From: Octopus bimaculoides
Taxonomy: Eukaryota
Reading direction: 5' to 3'
Assembly (NCBI RefSeq): GCF_001194135.2
Contig: NC_068984.1
Location: forward strand, 43,114,562 to 43,178,561
DNA: 64,000 nt
The notes under the pieces are model-generated. The model made no database searches, was not told the origin of the DNA, and saw only the letters and a list, made by a program, of their open reading frames with translations. Shown here in pieces: positions 38,077 through 52,034 of this stretch. The stretch's first letter is position 1; the number at the start of each line of letters is the position of its first letter. Made by a program: the position numbers and the translations under genes.

Positions 38077-38286
38077 TTAACCCTTTAGTGTTCATATTAC
38101 TGTCAAATGTTATTTTATTCATATTATTTAGAATTAATCATGCATTATCTTGTAGCTTTAAGATTTTGATGATGTGATTGTTAATTCTTAGAATGACATT
38201 GTTGGGTAGGTGTGACATGCCAGATCTGGTCAGTTTTAGCAAAATATTTGGGCTGGATACGACCAGTTTAAATGCTAAGGTGTTAA
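38077..38286. mobile_element. Uninterrupted TTAA MITE, about 210 bp, opposite orientation to 7540 and 20705
   Basis: TTAA|CCCTTTAG ... AATGCTAAGGTG|TTAA; the body is the reverse complement of the other copies. Confidence 0.75.
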
Positions 38287-39792
38287 GTTTGCTTCACAAC
38301 CGTGGGATTTCAGATTTGCCCCCACAGATTAGTGCCATGAGCAGGTCTTTTCTACTCTTGCTTCAAGTTAACCAGTTCCCTGAAGAATGGAAATTGGTAG
38401 ATGGGAGTTAAGAAACGCTTGTGTATGTTTACATGCAGACACAAATGTGAGCATATTTTACCAGCATCTTGAAACTGGTTATAAAGATGCTAGTGGCTTG
38501 TGAAAACATGTCTGGCTATAAAGGTGTTCACCGTTTAAAGGATTAGGGAAAATAGCTTACTTGAAAACAAATGAGGGTTAGGTACATGAAGAGCATCCAG
38601 ATGTTGAAAAATTGCTAAGCTTTGACTGACAAATGCCAGCATGGAGAAGTGAACATTAAAATGGTGATAATTAAGCAAGCCTATGAGACAACTAGAAAAT
38701 GTTACTGCCTTGCTAATCTAATGGCTTCAGAAAATGTATAGCCTTAGTTCCACAGCTACAAACCAAATCATTTAAAATATGGATTCACAAGAAAATCTCA
38801 CACTGTCATTAGATAAACTAAAATAACCACTTTCAGAACAGAACAAATAACTTAGAATATACAAATTATACCAACTAATCTCATCACTGAAAAGCATAAT
38901 TGGTGTCGAAGAAACTTCTGTTAACAACTGAGATAGTTTATTTGGTTCTTTATAGACATTCATTTTAGAGAATCTCAAATTACAATCTTCTGATTCAATT
39001 TTATTTTGTAAAGAATGGAGGATTATTTCTGCACAGTGTGAATCTAAGACATGAAAAGAGATTGATTTATCAAGGAAAGACAAAACCAATGTGTAATAGT
39101 AGCTGAATAGAAGCTTATCTATGGTGGCTATTCAAATTGGTTTTAGAGCCACCTAATGAAATTACTGCTATGAGTTAGTATATGTAATTAGATATTTAAA
39201 ACCTAGAATAAATATTTCAAAAATTTAAAGGAAACAGTAGCAGTATCTTCTATATTGAATTTGAATTCTTCCAAAGTCCAACATATGAATGAAAATTCTC
39301 TTTTTGACATTCAAACAACTTTCACAATATCTAAACACAATAAATGAATGACAACTAGTGATTGCTGATGACAAAAAAAAAAATAAATAAATAAATAAAT
39401 AAAAGAAAAACAATATAAAACAAGTACAACTTCATATTTATAACTAGGACCTGCAAAGTGATGCTATCAAAAATAATTACACTTATAAAATTCCCCAATG
39501 TTCAATATAATTTTATGTTATTAACATAGTTGAATTTAAAACAGTACAGTAAATCTCTCTGCAATCTGCATAAAAGCTGGTCTTGTACATGCTAAAGCCA
39601 ACATTAAAAATCTGATTGTGCTATGTGATGAATTTTGAAGTAGGATAGAAAGATGAAACATAATCAGAAACAATAGTCAGAAGAGGCTAAATAATTAAAA
39701 ACTGTTCTCAGATCAAGTACTTGGGTGACTTGCCATTGCCATCTCAGTCGAAATGTGCAAAAAGAAACATTTGCTCAATTATACAATATTCA

Positions 39793-40124
39793 TGTACCAC
39801 CTGACTGGCCTTCGTACGATTTTCGAGAGAGATCGTTGCCAGTGCCCCTGGACTGGCTCTTGTGCGGGTGGCACATAAAATACACCATTTTGAGCGTGGC
39901 CGTTGCCAGTACCACCTGACTGGCCTTCGTGCTGGTGACATGTAAAAGCACCCACTACACTCTCTGCGGTTGGCGTTAGGAAGGGCATCCAGCTGTAGAA
40001 ACTCTGCCAAATCAGATTGGAGGCTGGTGTTGCCATCCGGTTTCACCAGTCCTCAGTCAAATCGTCCAACCCATGCTAGCATGGAAAGCAGACGTTAAAC
40101 GATGATGATGATGATGATGATGAT
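39793..40124 (+). mobile_element. Family-B SINE with (GAT)8 tail and internal repeat units
   Basis: Same 3' end as 24530. GTACCACCTGACTGGCCTTCGT occurs twice internally. Confidence 0.85.
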
Positions 40125-41873
40125 TTACAGCTAAGTAGACTAAGCCAGCAAGAGTTAATTGTGTTAAACATGAGTTTATATTTGAATATATTGTAACATA
40201 CTTCCAATAGCAAATTTCAAACAAGCATTCTGAAATTTACAAACTTTTTTTCTTTTTAATATTTATTTATTTATTTATTTTTTCACAACAAATTTCAGAA
40301 ATTACTTTTAATCTTCAGAGAACTGATTATAACTGCCACCACAGAAAAGACATGGGGTTGGAAGAAGCAAGGGAGATAGAAATGGCTTAAATTTTAAAAA
40401 GGTCAGAGACAAAAAAATGTATCAGAACAAGAAATTGCTCTTCCACATGACCTTTAATTATGTACTCTGCAGCGAGAACATATACAGAGTTGTGACACTG
40501 CTAATACTTCTAGATTTGACAACAGCATTTACAGAGACAGACACACATCTACAGTACCCGTGAACTGTCATAACAAGCTTGCATGTTGACAACCATATGC
40601 AGAGTGTATGCCGTGTAGTTTTGTCAATACATTTTTATAAGGATGCGTATACATGATTTATGCCTAAGGGTTGATTTTGTGCGTAAATTCTTGTCTATGT
40701 ACATACACACCCCAGTTGATATGTATAGAATAGGCACAGTTGTAGATCATGTAGAAATGCTCTGAGCAAGAGTTTAAAGTTATGTCAGGAAAATGATTAC
40801 AAGGTGTTTCTTATTACTTATCTGATAATGAAGCCACTAAACATAATAAACACAAGCTATTAAAATCATCACCATTTCAACAGCTAAACCCCTGCTATCC
40901 TATATAAATGTTACATGTGATAACAGTTATCCATACAAAGTGTCTATATTAACAAGGTTGTGACAATAACAGTTTAATGAAGATTGCAGTGTAGCACTTG
41001 TTAATATTAAGCCTTGATCTCAGTAGCACCAAGAAAGTAGATTTCTTGAAAGCCAATATAATGCTTAGCTTTCAGCCGTGTGCTAAACCTAACTGTTACC
41101 TATTTAACAGCAAGGGAGTGTTGGATGTCTTAGTTAAGGATACAACACTAGACTGCTGAATGAACTAATTTGACTAAGAGTAAAAAACTACCCTTTTACT
41201 TTACCAGTCCTGCAACACTGACAAATTTTACAAGTTTTGCAGCAGTACTGAAGATTAATTGTGAAAGCTTTCTTACATTTATGACAAGCTCACTCAAGTT
41301 CACTGTACAATCACACGGACTTGTAACATAATAGGCAAATTTTTGTTAGGACAGCTTTATGTTGAACATTGCCTTTTGTAAAAAAAAACTAGGAAGACAA
41401 AAACTGAAAAGTAACCCATTTATTAACACTATTATCTATGTTATTGTTAGCAATCTTTAATCTTTATATCCTGCTTAACATAGGTGTATTGTAGAACACC
41501 CTTATTACCAATGCATTCACCTTGAGATACTCTCATAGATGTCTAGTGTTAAGAAACACAGAAATATTGGAAGCAGACAATCATCTAGCTAGCATTAATA
41601 GCAGAACTGCTAGATCACCTGATTTCAGCAAGTTTGCAATTCATCAGCAGCAGGCAACCAGTAAAATCAATGCCTTCAAACAAAAATACTTGTTCTGCCT
41701 AAGTTGCCCTGACACGCCTTTGTCATTTCTCATCATCATAACCTGTAAACAACACTACTGTTCACAAAATGAGATGAAAAAGTTGAATGCAAAGAGCCTG
41801 AAATAATTGTTTCTAGTTAGGGTACAAGGCTCGAAATTTGGAGTGGGGCTGGAGTTTAGTCAATTACATTATC

Positions 41874-42445
41874 GGATCTTTTTTAAAACGGGGGGNNNNN
41901 NNNNNNNNNNNNNNNNNNNNNNNNNNNNNNNNNNNNNNNNNNNNNNNNNNNNNNNNNNNNNNNNNNNNNNNNNNNNNNNNNNNNNNNNNNNNNNNNNNNN
42001 NNNNNNNNNNNNNNNNNNNNNNNNNNNNNNNNNNNNNNNNNNNNNNNNNNNNNNNNNNNNNNNNNNNNNNNNNNNNNNNNNNNNNNNNNNNNNNNNNNNN
42101 NNNNNNNNNNNNNNNNNNNNNNNNNNNNNNNNNNNNNNNNNNNNNNNNNNNNNNNNNNNNNNNNNNNNNNNNNNNNNNNNNNNNNNNNNNNNNNNNNNNN
42201 NNNNNNNNNNNNNNNNNNNNNNNNNNNNNNNNNNNNNNNNNNNNNNNNNNNNNNNNNNNNNNNNNNNNNNNNNNNNNNNNNAATTACAGAAATACGACAA
42301 CTTTAACATGGAATAATTTATGGATTTCTTTTTTTTTTAAGAAGACTAAGAGAAAAAGATGTTTTATATGACACATTCTACCAGTGATCCAAGTTTCAAA
42401 GTGTTTCGTTAATGAAAAATGTGGCCCCCCTTTTAAAAAAGATCC
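41874..42445. mobile_element. Non-autonomous DNA transposon with GG termini, 15-bp perfect TIR and perfect 8-bp TSD (Merlin-like or MULE-like); interior mostly N gap
   Basis: ACATTATC|GGATCTTTTTTAAAA ... TTTTAAAAAAGATCC|ACATTATC; TSDs at 41866-41873 and 42446-42453. Confidence 0.8.
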
Positions 42446-45400
42446 ACATTATCTCCAATACATGACAGGTACTTTATTTATTGACTCCAGGGAGAGGAAA
42501 GCAAAGTTAATGAAATGGAGTAGCTGTTAGAATATCAAGGTGTTTCTCTCATTCTTCTATTTGTTTTAGTGCGGCCAGGCTTTTTTTCTTTTTTTTTTTT
42601 TTAGCCTGGCACTTCTGTTGGCCTATTTTGTTGAACTGCTATGTTACCAGGCATAAGTGTGCGCGTGCACACAAACAAATAAATAAATGGCCTTTATTTT
42701 AGTTTCTATCAAATTCACTACCAAGATTTTAGTCAGCCCTAGGCTATAGTAGAAGGTACTTTCCCAAAGTGCCATGCAGTAGAACTGAATCCAGAACCAG
42801 GTGGTTGGGAAGCAAACTGTACCACACAGCCACATTTGTACCTATGCTGGGCAGAGCAGCTTTTAATTGGATGTGTGATTAGTGAAGTGGTTGTAATAGG
42901 TTATGTGGTTAGCAGTGTCACCAATCAAATCCATTTCTATTAAACCAATGTGAACATCTATCTTAGTGAATAATTATATGTAGAGACGTTGAAATAAAGT
43001 GAAAAAAATCACTACTATTATAGAGACTATAAAATTTAGCTTTATGAAGAGTAATTAAAGTTTCAAAAAATTTCATTAAAGGTCTGCTTCAAATATCAGC
43101 AAAAGTTGAAAGTCACTTAATATTTTCCGTGTATGTGGCTTATAATACATCCATTTTCTATAATATGCTAGAAAGTTTCTATGAAAATGAAAAACTGAAA
43201 TGAACACTTCTCTAATGCTCAAAAGTACAAAGTATAACCACACTTGAACTGTAATGCTTTTTATAAGCGGAAAAAATGCATTGGCTAAAAACAGCCAGTT
43301 AATACTATATCTACTACAAACAAATGAGATGAAGCGATATTTGAAAATGTCTGCAAAAACCATGGGTAAAGCACTTTTTTCCAAACCAAACCATTAAAAT
43401 GAAATGAATAAAAATAGCTTGGCACCAGCTATCTTCATCCAAGATGAAACTGTGCAGAGCAATGATGACGTAACTGAAGAATTTTTAACATTTCACATAT
43501 GTAAATAAACTTAAAACTTTGTAATGTATGACTTGTTGCATTCAACTATGCTGTTGTCAGCTCATAAAAGAAGTAAAGAAGGTAAAGGTTGCTCTGTCCA
43601 ACAGTTACATAACAGATTAACATGAAAATAGCTCATTAGTGACATGATTCCTAATACAGAGGCTGGGAAAAGATATACAGTAATGGGTGATAGTGTGGTA
43701 AGGGAATGTTTGAGATAAGGGCACTGGTACGCAGGAGAGATGATTGATGAAGGGAAAGGTGGGAGTAAAATAAATATTAGACACACTGATAGAATGATTG
43801 CTTGACATTTTCTAAAAGGTCATCAGTGTATATATAAATCAGTTTAATGATAGATGAGTGGGGAAGGGATTAGAGAAACACCAGAAAATTAAACAGTGAG
43901 AAAACCCATGGAGTCAAGATGAAAAAAAAAAAATTTACATAAAAACGGAAAAAAAAAAAAAAAAGGAAGCAGTATATGAGAAGAGAAAAGAGAGAGAACT
44001 AGGTATGTACACACTCAGCAGAAAGAAATACAGACCCTCCAATTACTGGTAGAATTAGTTGTTTTTATTTAATAAGTACAGGTTTTAATTTAGACTATTA
44101 ATGCAATGTTACATATTAAAAAAAAAAAGAAATCATAGTATGTAAATCATATCTAGGGGTTTTAATTTATACCAACTGGTACAGAAGGAGCATAGTAAAT
44201 CACACTTAAGACCTACAGAGCTGAAATTTCATTTTGCTCACTTGATGGAATATAGCTGAAGAAATACATTTACTCAATGGTTCAGACAATCTATTAATAG
44301 ATCTACATTTGGTGGCATGATGGGGGTGTTTTTCATTACTCATGAGTGGAATATAGTACATTTCCACTCATATTTAACAAATGCTAAAAATCATAATTCC
44401 AGACTCCAAGTAGTTCCATCAAAAGTATATCTTCTAATTAATACTATTAAGTGAAAATATCTTTAATATTATGGGAAAACAAAAAAGGAAACTGTGAGCA
44501 AATATTCTTCAGTTCTTTCCTTCCTGGATGTAATCATCCTGATATTAAATGGAACTCAGTTTGTAACATTTTCATAGGGTAAAGTGAAAAACATTTCCTT
44601 TGCTCACAGCATTTGGCTCGGAGCCATCTAATAAATTTTGGCATTATGCTATCTAATACATTATTATTTTTATTATTATTAGGTCAATTTTGCTTTTCAT
44701 CCTTTCAGAATCGACAGAATAAGGTATTAGCCAAGTACTGGGATTTCAGGTATCAACTTCCTTCAAATCAGCTGGCCTTGTGCCTAAATCAGAAACCTGA
44801 AATAAACGGCACAGTTAAATATTGATACTGAAGTGAAATGTATTATTGGAAAAACTAAAATACATAAAAACCAGTGAAGTCTTACAGATGTCAAGATTAA
44901 ACCTATTCAATTCATCTGTTGAAGATGAGAGTAGTAAAACAAGCTACACTCTATACAGCATTATAGCAGCCCTCCACTCTGTTACATGCTGATAATAGTG
45001 ATTTTTTTTTCAGCTATCTAGTCAAACGGTGGTGGTGGTGGTGGTGGTGGTGATGCTGGTTAGCATTCCAGCACTGACTATTCCACACATGGTCACAAGG
45101 CCATATTTACTGCATACCAACACATACCATATTATCTCTAAATGAGAGGGCAACTGAACAAGGTCAGAGTCCTTGACCTGTTACTGAACAGAGAGAAGGG
45201 TGCTAGATACATTCATTACCAGCACTTCTACAAATAGACCATACAGTTTAGGTTTGTGGCATACAAGACAGGAACAAAATTTCAAAATATTGAGGAGAAA
45301 CATATTGTTAAAGATGAGTCAATAGTTAATATAATGTCACTAGAAAGTTTGCTTTTATAGAGTTCATTATCTATAGGATGTGTAACCCTTAGAGGGGGAA

Positions 45401-46305
45401 AGAGTGATAGGTAGAGTGCAGAAGAGCTATTAAAAGCCACTTTATAATATACCAATCATATTTTAAAAGCTGCAATTAATTATTATTAGCAGCATGACAG
45501 AAAAATGTCCAATGCAAAAGACTGCAGCAATGGTGTAGGAGTAGTAGAAAATACATTCATATATTTTTTATTGGTACTAATTAAAAAAAGAAAACGAACC
45601 AAAATTTATAATTCAGACCACAGTGCAGGTTTAAGAAACTAGAAGTAGAATAAAATCCAAAGCGACATACGCATTCCACAATATTTAAGATTTGATATTT
45701 ATGTCCTTGAGTAATTTCATACCAATTATTTTATAAAATCTATTTCATTAACCATCTGACAGATGCCAAATCCAGAAAAAGTATTTTTAAAAATAAGAGT
45801 TGTGATTTCACATTTATATCAAACATAAGAACATTATATAAACATTGATAGATACAAAAATATACAAATGTCAAAAGAGCAAACAAAATCAGTTATGAGT
45901 GTATATTTTGTAAAGAGACAGATACAATCAATTGTCAAATATATTCAAAATACATGTACATTTGCAAAAACTTGCAGACATACCAGCATGTAAGTTTTTA
46001 CAAATGAGCATGCAATCACTAAGCACACTCAGATGAAGCGAAACACAAGAGGGATATTCGGAATATCTAGCTTGTATGCAAGATAACTACAATCTAATCA
46101 CCAGATAAAATAAGTGAACAACTTGACAAACTACTCTACGCTAGGTGCTTGAAACTTCTGGGTAAGTGAAGAGGATTGAACTCCTCACCAGTCCAGATTT
46201 ATTCTACAAAAGCTTCCTCTCTCCACCAACATTAATCATTTCTTTCTTGGGTTGATAAAATAAAAACACCTGTCCAAACAATGCATCCAACTGAATTAGC
46301 TAGAC

Positions 46306-46578
46306 CAGTGATTCTCAACTGGGATCCATATTAGATTTTGTCATTAAAGTTTATGTGCAATAAATTGGTTATACTTCTACAAAACACAAAATATTTTAAT
46401 TTTCCTTATATGATTCGTAATTATATTTAATTATAAAAATATAATAGGATTTTTTTAATGTCAAATGGTTATGAGAATGCATCCAAGGGAAACAAGAATC
46501 AGGGGGGGGGGGGGNNNNNNNNNNNNNNNNNNNNNNNNNNNNNNCAATAAGTAAAAAAAAAATGGTTGAGAAACATTG
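46306..46578. mobile_element. hAT (Charlie-like) MITE
   Basis: AGCTAGAC|CAGTGATTCTCAAC ... GTTGAGAAACATTG|AACTAGAC: 14-bp imperfect TIR and an 8-bp TSD with one mismatch and a CTAGA core. Confidence 0.75.
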
Positions 46579-49500
46579 AACTAGACCTTCCTACCTTGTA
46601 CCTGTGTCAGAAATTCATATTTTTATTACACTGCTCTGATGTGATTTGCCCCACTTCAAATGTTATATGTCAAGTAATTCTTTAGTACTTAAACAGAAAT
46701 CTCTGAAAATTGTAATCACATATTTATGAAGATTCTGGGTATGCCATCTTCATTTAGCATATCCACAATCAAAATATGACATCTAAAACACTAATCAAAT
46801 AATACTGTAATGAAAATAGCAGACCAGAGAATTTGTTTAACAACAACTTGGGTTTGTTTAAAACAAATTCATTCCCTTTTTACAGTCCATATTGCAAATG
46901 AATCGTTAGATTTCAACCTTATAGTCAAAAAGCTGTAATGAATAGTGATATCTTACATCAGATTATAGTTAATTTGACCAATAAAATGAAAATTCTAAAA
47001 TTAATAGCAAAATGGTTACAATTCAATGCTTGGCAATTGTCAACATGTCTGAGCATTTTCAAAAGACAGTCTTAACATAAGTCCTCTAACGCCACCATTT
47101 CTGGAAGTACTTAATGTCTACTAATTAGTAATTGCAACTGTAATGTCTTCCTTTTTAACTAAATTGCTATCTGAGAATGAGATGTCATCTGTAATCTCTG
47201 TATACTCTCTTAGTTATCAGCAGTAAAGCAGGTGGTTGTGAGACAGAAGAGAAAACAATCACTTGGTATGTGACTTTCAGTTCCTTGACAAAGATTAGTA
47301 GTCTACACAAGTATTTGGACCCATCAAAGTAGAAAAAAGTCGCAGTTAATTTCAGTGTGCTTTGTGACTGGATCAAATAAAATATTCATTTTTCTGTAAT
47401 ATTATCCATGAGTAAGGGGTTTTACAAGCCATAAAACATTGCAAATGTTTGCAGCCATGGGTGTGCACATCAAACAACGTTTTTCAATTTCAATAGCTTC
47501 ACTGTTTAGTATGTTGATTGTGCTTGTACAAGTGTACAGCTTTTGGGGATACAGAATGTGAAGTTTTAGACGGCATGAAGTACTGAGGCAGAATAACTAG
47601 AAACATCAGAATGGGCTCAAGTAGACAAGAAAATCTTACATACTGAATGTTGATAAATGAAAAGGAAAAAGTTGAAAAGCTTATTTGGGGTAAGTGCCAA
47701 TAGAGTTATGCATTGACTGAGAGTAAATGAAAAGATGCAGGGCCAGAGATTTTGGTAACTTTAGTAATTTAGAGTATTTAATAACCTTGACAGTTAAATT
47801 TTAAAAAATGATGGCCAGTGTAAGTGAAAATGTTTTCACCATAGGAATAGAACCATCAGAAAGATTTAGAAGGGAAAGACAATTGACCAAAGTTGTAAAG
47901 GAGTTTTATAAAGAACATTGCAATCACTTAACTGTTAGGAAATTTTATTTATTTGTACTTATTTTGTTGTGTGCTAACTCTTAACACTGAAGTTTTCTAT
48001 ACTCACAACTAGTGCTTCAACTTGCAATAAATTCCATTGTAACTTAGTTCAAGTGAAAATATAAATATTGTTTAAATTTTGCAGCTGTTTTTAGTTTAAT
48101 ATAATGAAAACATAAGTGGCTGTTCTTTCAGAACTGATTTTAAAACAGAACTATACTTTAAAACTGATCTTTCTCATGTTACAATGAGAAAGGGAATAAA
48201 ATAAATCCATTACATTTATGATGGTGAGTAAACTAGAACTAATCCTTTTACTTGCTACTTACAAAGAAACAAACACACACAACAAAATATGCAATGGATA
48301 TTGTACCATAAAGTGTAGCCAAGCAAGCATGTTCGGGTTATGAATTTTCCACCAATATTTGAAGCTCTACCAGTTCAAAAAGACTTCACACAGCTTATTT
48401 AACAATATCAATAACAACTAGAGAGATGACTCCTCAAAAATCAATATTGCTGGTTCATGACACAATTACTTAATGAAATAGAAGGTGGATAGAGTTCATT
48501 GCAACTGAACAGCATGGTTGATTGTAATAAGTAAACCACATTAGCAATCTCTTCTATCTCTTAGTTTTTTTTTTATTTATATGGACCAGCCAACTGACAT
48601 TGTCAAAGGGTCCAACTGCAGCAACAATTTTTCTATAACTATATGATTGCTTATACTTACAATAATTCCTGAATGTAAGTTTGAGTAAAAGAAGATATAC
48701 TGCTAAAATTAGATTGACATATCAAACAGGAGATGAAATTCATTTTAGATTTAACATAACAGAGAATAGGAAAGAGGAATTTAAATAGTATTACTTTTTC
48801 ACTGAGAATGCTTCTACAGTGAATCAAATTAACTGCTAGTTTGTCAGACAGTAAAATCTACTTCAAGATGGCATCACTGTACACAATTGGGTAATAGCGA
48901 AGAGAGTTTCTTCATTTCTCATTTAAACAGTGAACATACAATGTCAAAGTTAATTGAGATAGGGTATTTAACATCACTAATATTAAGCTATAAAACCTTA
49001 ATTCTTTCAAACCATCACTGACATTAAGTTGAAAAATAATTCTTTCTAAAGATCCATATAACAGCAGATTTATTTAACAGATAAGAGATATAGCTCCTTG
49101 GATAAGACACTAGTCTACCACAGGTTATTTCTCCTGTGGAATTAATTGAGTCAAATACTGCAAGCAAATTAACCACTCTACAGCTTGCTGCTTATGTCAG
49201 CAATGAGATACCTACGTACAGTTAGATGAACAACTGCAGATCTACAACTAGAGGAAAATACAGGCAAGAAGGGAATTGCAGAAGGGTTAACATTCTAGGA
49301 AGGCATAATTATATACAGACAAGGGGTTGGAAGACAAAATGGATGGTGAAAAGAGATAGATGGACCTAGGTGAAGATGGCCCAATACCAGCCAACTCTAA
49401 GAAGTACAGTAGAAAAGGCAGAGTGAAAAGACAGTACATATGTGCACTAGAGGTTGGACTGCGGATGAATGATTTTATCAATAGCATCTCCACAGATTAG

Positions 49501-51982
49501 GAGTATTAATTCATTGTTGATTTTACTTGAGCTTTATAAAGTATCAACGACTGTTGAGAGCTGAACTGTCTGCAGGTCTTAAGACCATTTTTGAGATGGA
49601 TTTTTTATGTTGCAAATATAATATCTGCAAGGGAAGATTGTTAGTTATTGTGAGGAGGCCTAGTATTTTTAATGATTTAAAAAGGTTTAGTCATGTAGTC
49701 TATGACAAGGGTGGAAGAGTGTACAATGCTAAGTAGTACAAGATGTCAACATTGTCGGACTGAGTTAAGAAAAACACTTCAAACAATCAAGATGAACTTG
49801 ATCTAATATACTGGAATATACTCTTGGATATTATAAAGACTGGTGGAGTTCAACTGTAAATCTTTGTACACCACTAAAAAGTTAATATAAAGCAGCAAAA
49901 TGCTCAAAGAGATAAGATATTGAACTGTTTGTTCATAAGATGCAAAGTTCAAACCTCCAGGCACTGTGTTTCTTGAAGTTAGGGATACACCCTACATTAC
50001 ATAGTAAGTTTGGGGAATAGGTACCTGATCACATGAGAATGTTAACCATTTTAATAAAAGCAGCTTTACTCAATAAGAGGGTTATCTTCCACATGCCTAT
50101 CTCTGAGTCAGAAAACTGGAGTTAAGTACTAACTCCTAAAAGTCCCCATGGAGCCCAAGAAGCATTTACATCATATTTGATATTTAGAGGAGGAAAAAGA
50201 GGAAAAAAAAAATTTTAGAAAAAGAAAACGTACATCTGCTGGTTCTAATTTCCAAAATATTACTTGCTGATAAACATTCACAGATTAAAGCAAAGGAAGA
50301 CAGCTTATCAAAAGCTGTTTGTTTTTTTTTAATATTTTATTTTATTTTGTTATAGCAAGAGAAATGCTGTAGTTATTACTTAATGAGGTGACAAGGATAG
50401 GTCAAGACTGAAATTGCACATATGGACTGGACACAATCAACAATGTGAGTGTCATCACTAACAGTTGGTTCTTTCAGATTTAAATAAAGAACAGCTGGAA
50501 TAAATTCTAAAATAATGTCCTTTAAATGTAGTTGCTCTAGCAAACATATCAAAAGGTAGCTAGATGAGAAAGAGAATCTCTGGATGTTAGGACTTGCTTA
50601 ATATAATTAGCACTTTTAACAGCTGGTTAGTTATCTATTGCATACCCACATCAACATACACACCTCAGTGATAAGAAAAAACACTTGCAAACAGCACCAA
50701 AAGAACAAAAAAAAAAAATAAAAATGAAAATAAACTGATATCTTAGTTATCTAGTTCCTTCATGGACAGATTAACCCAAAATTCCTACACTAGTGACTGA
50801 AGATCCTGTTTTCATCCCACCCTCCCTATTATAAGTATCAGAATTCACATACTCCTAAAATGACAGTCAACTTACTACAGGCTATGTAAAGACATATATA
50901 CAGACATAGAAATATTTCTCCAGCTTGACTGACCCAACAACATTCTTAATACAAAGGACTAATTCGGTTAAAATATGCAGCTCGCTGCCTTACAATAAAT
51001 ATTTCATCAGTTGATGGCAATTAGGTTGTAAAAACAATTCTACTGCATCAAGAGTCAGAGAAGAACTATCTTATGCATTCATTAACTCTATAAGTTGTAT
51101 TTAGATTGCTGTGATGTTGCTTGCTCACTCACATTATCAATGAAAACTACTAGGTAACAACAATCAAAAGGTTAAAGTGGATAAGTGAAGATAGATAATC
51201 ATTAATACAGCAGTTATGGGTTACATTTGACGTTTTCAAGAAAAGCTCCATTTATAATGAATATTGGTAAAATCTAAGATGTTGTTTAGAGAAATGAATA
51301 TATTATTGAGAGGACAGAGTGGAATAAATACAGTACTGAGCTATATGCTTTAGTTCTGTACTTTCATATTCTGAATAAGCCCCAAAGGCATCAGCTTTGC
51401 CCTTCAACAATCTCAAATAAATGTAACGGATATCACTAATAGGAGTGTTACTCTACCTACAATAAGTGGTTTTAAATCATTGGCCCAATCTAGGGCTCCA
51501 GCATAATTTATATTTACAAAATTTCATTTTGGTCAACCTGAAGCTGTAGAAGAAACTTAGCAGAAAGGGAAAAGAGCAGAACTGAACCCAAAACAGCATA
51601 ATTACGAAGTGAATTTCTTACTCCAAAAGTCATTGCTGCTCTCATGGATTATATAGAGCAACAGTTACTATTTCTGAACATAAAATTCCAAAACAGCTTA
51701 CACTTTTCCAAAGTGCTGACATTCCATGAATACACTGAATCGAAAACCTTGATAAACATCCCTATATACAAGTGGGTATCCCATTATACAGCCTAGTATA
51801 AAAACTTGAATATTCCACTAAACTAAAAATGCGATAACGAGATGCTTGAAGTAGATTTTATTTAGTTCAATACCAGTTTACAACCATGACATCATCTTTA
51901 TAGTTGATCTCTAGACAACCATAAAGATGTCATAATGCAACAATGAGACAGGAAGGGGGGTTATATTAAAAATGTTAGCAGG

Positions 51983-51984
<2 letters not shown>

Positions 51985-52029
<45 letters not shown>
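51985..52029. repeat. (TA)n microsatellite
   Basis: Read directly from the sequence; similar tracts near 12480 and 56385. Confidence 0.9.

Positions 52030-52034
<5 letters not shown>

Noticed and set aside
39744-40046. ORFs inside (GAT)n SINEs, also 61595-61964
   Set aside because: By-products of GC-rich repeat sequence.
44492-44609. 11-bp perfect inverted repeat CTGTGAGCAAA/TTTGCTCACAG, 96 nt apart
   Set aside because: About one such match is expected by chance in 64 kb; no TSD or longer stem.
47185-47376. Minus-strand ORF containing DGS...LLIFVKELKV, faintly like the kindlin F0 start
   Set aside because: Spacing differs, the following HIGG/LKLVE motif is absent, and there are no convincing splice sites; most likely chance.
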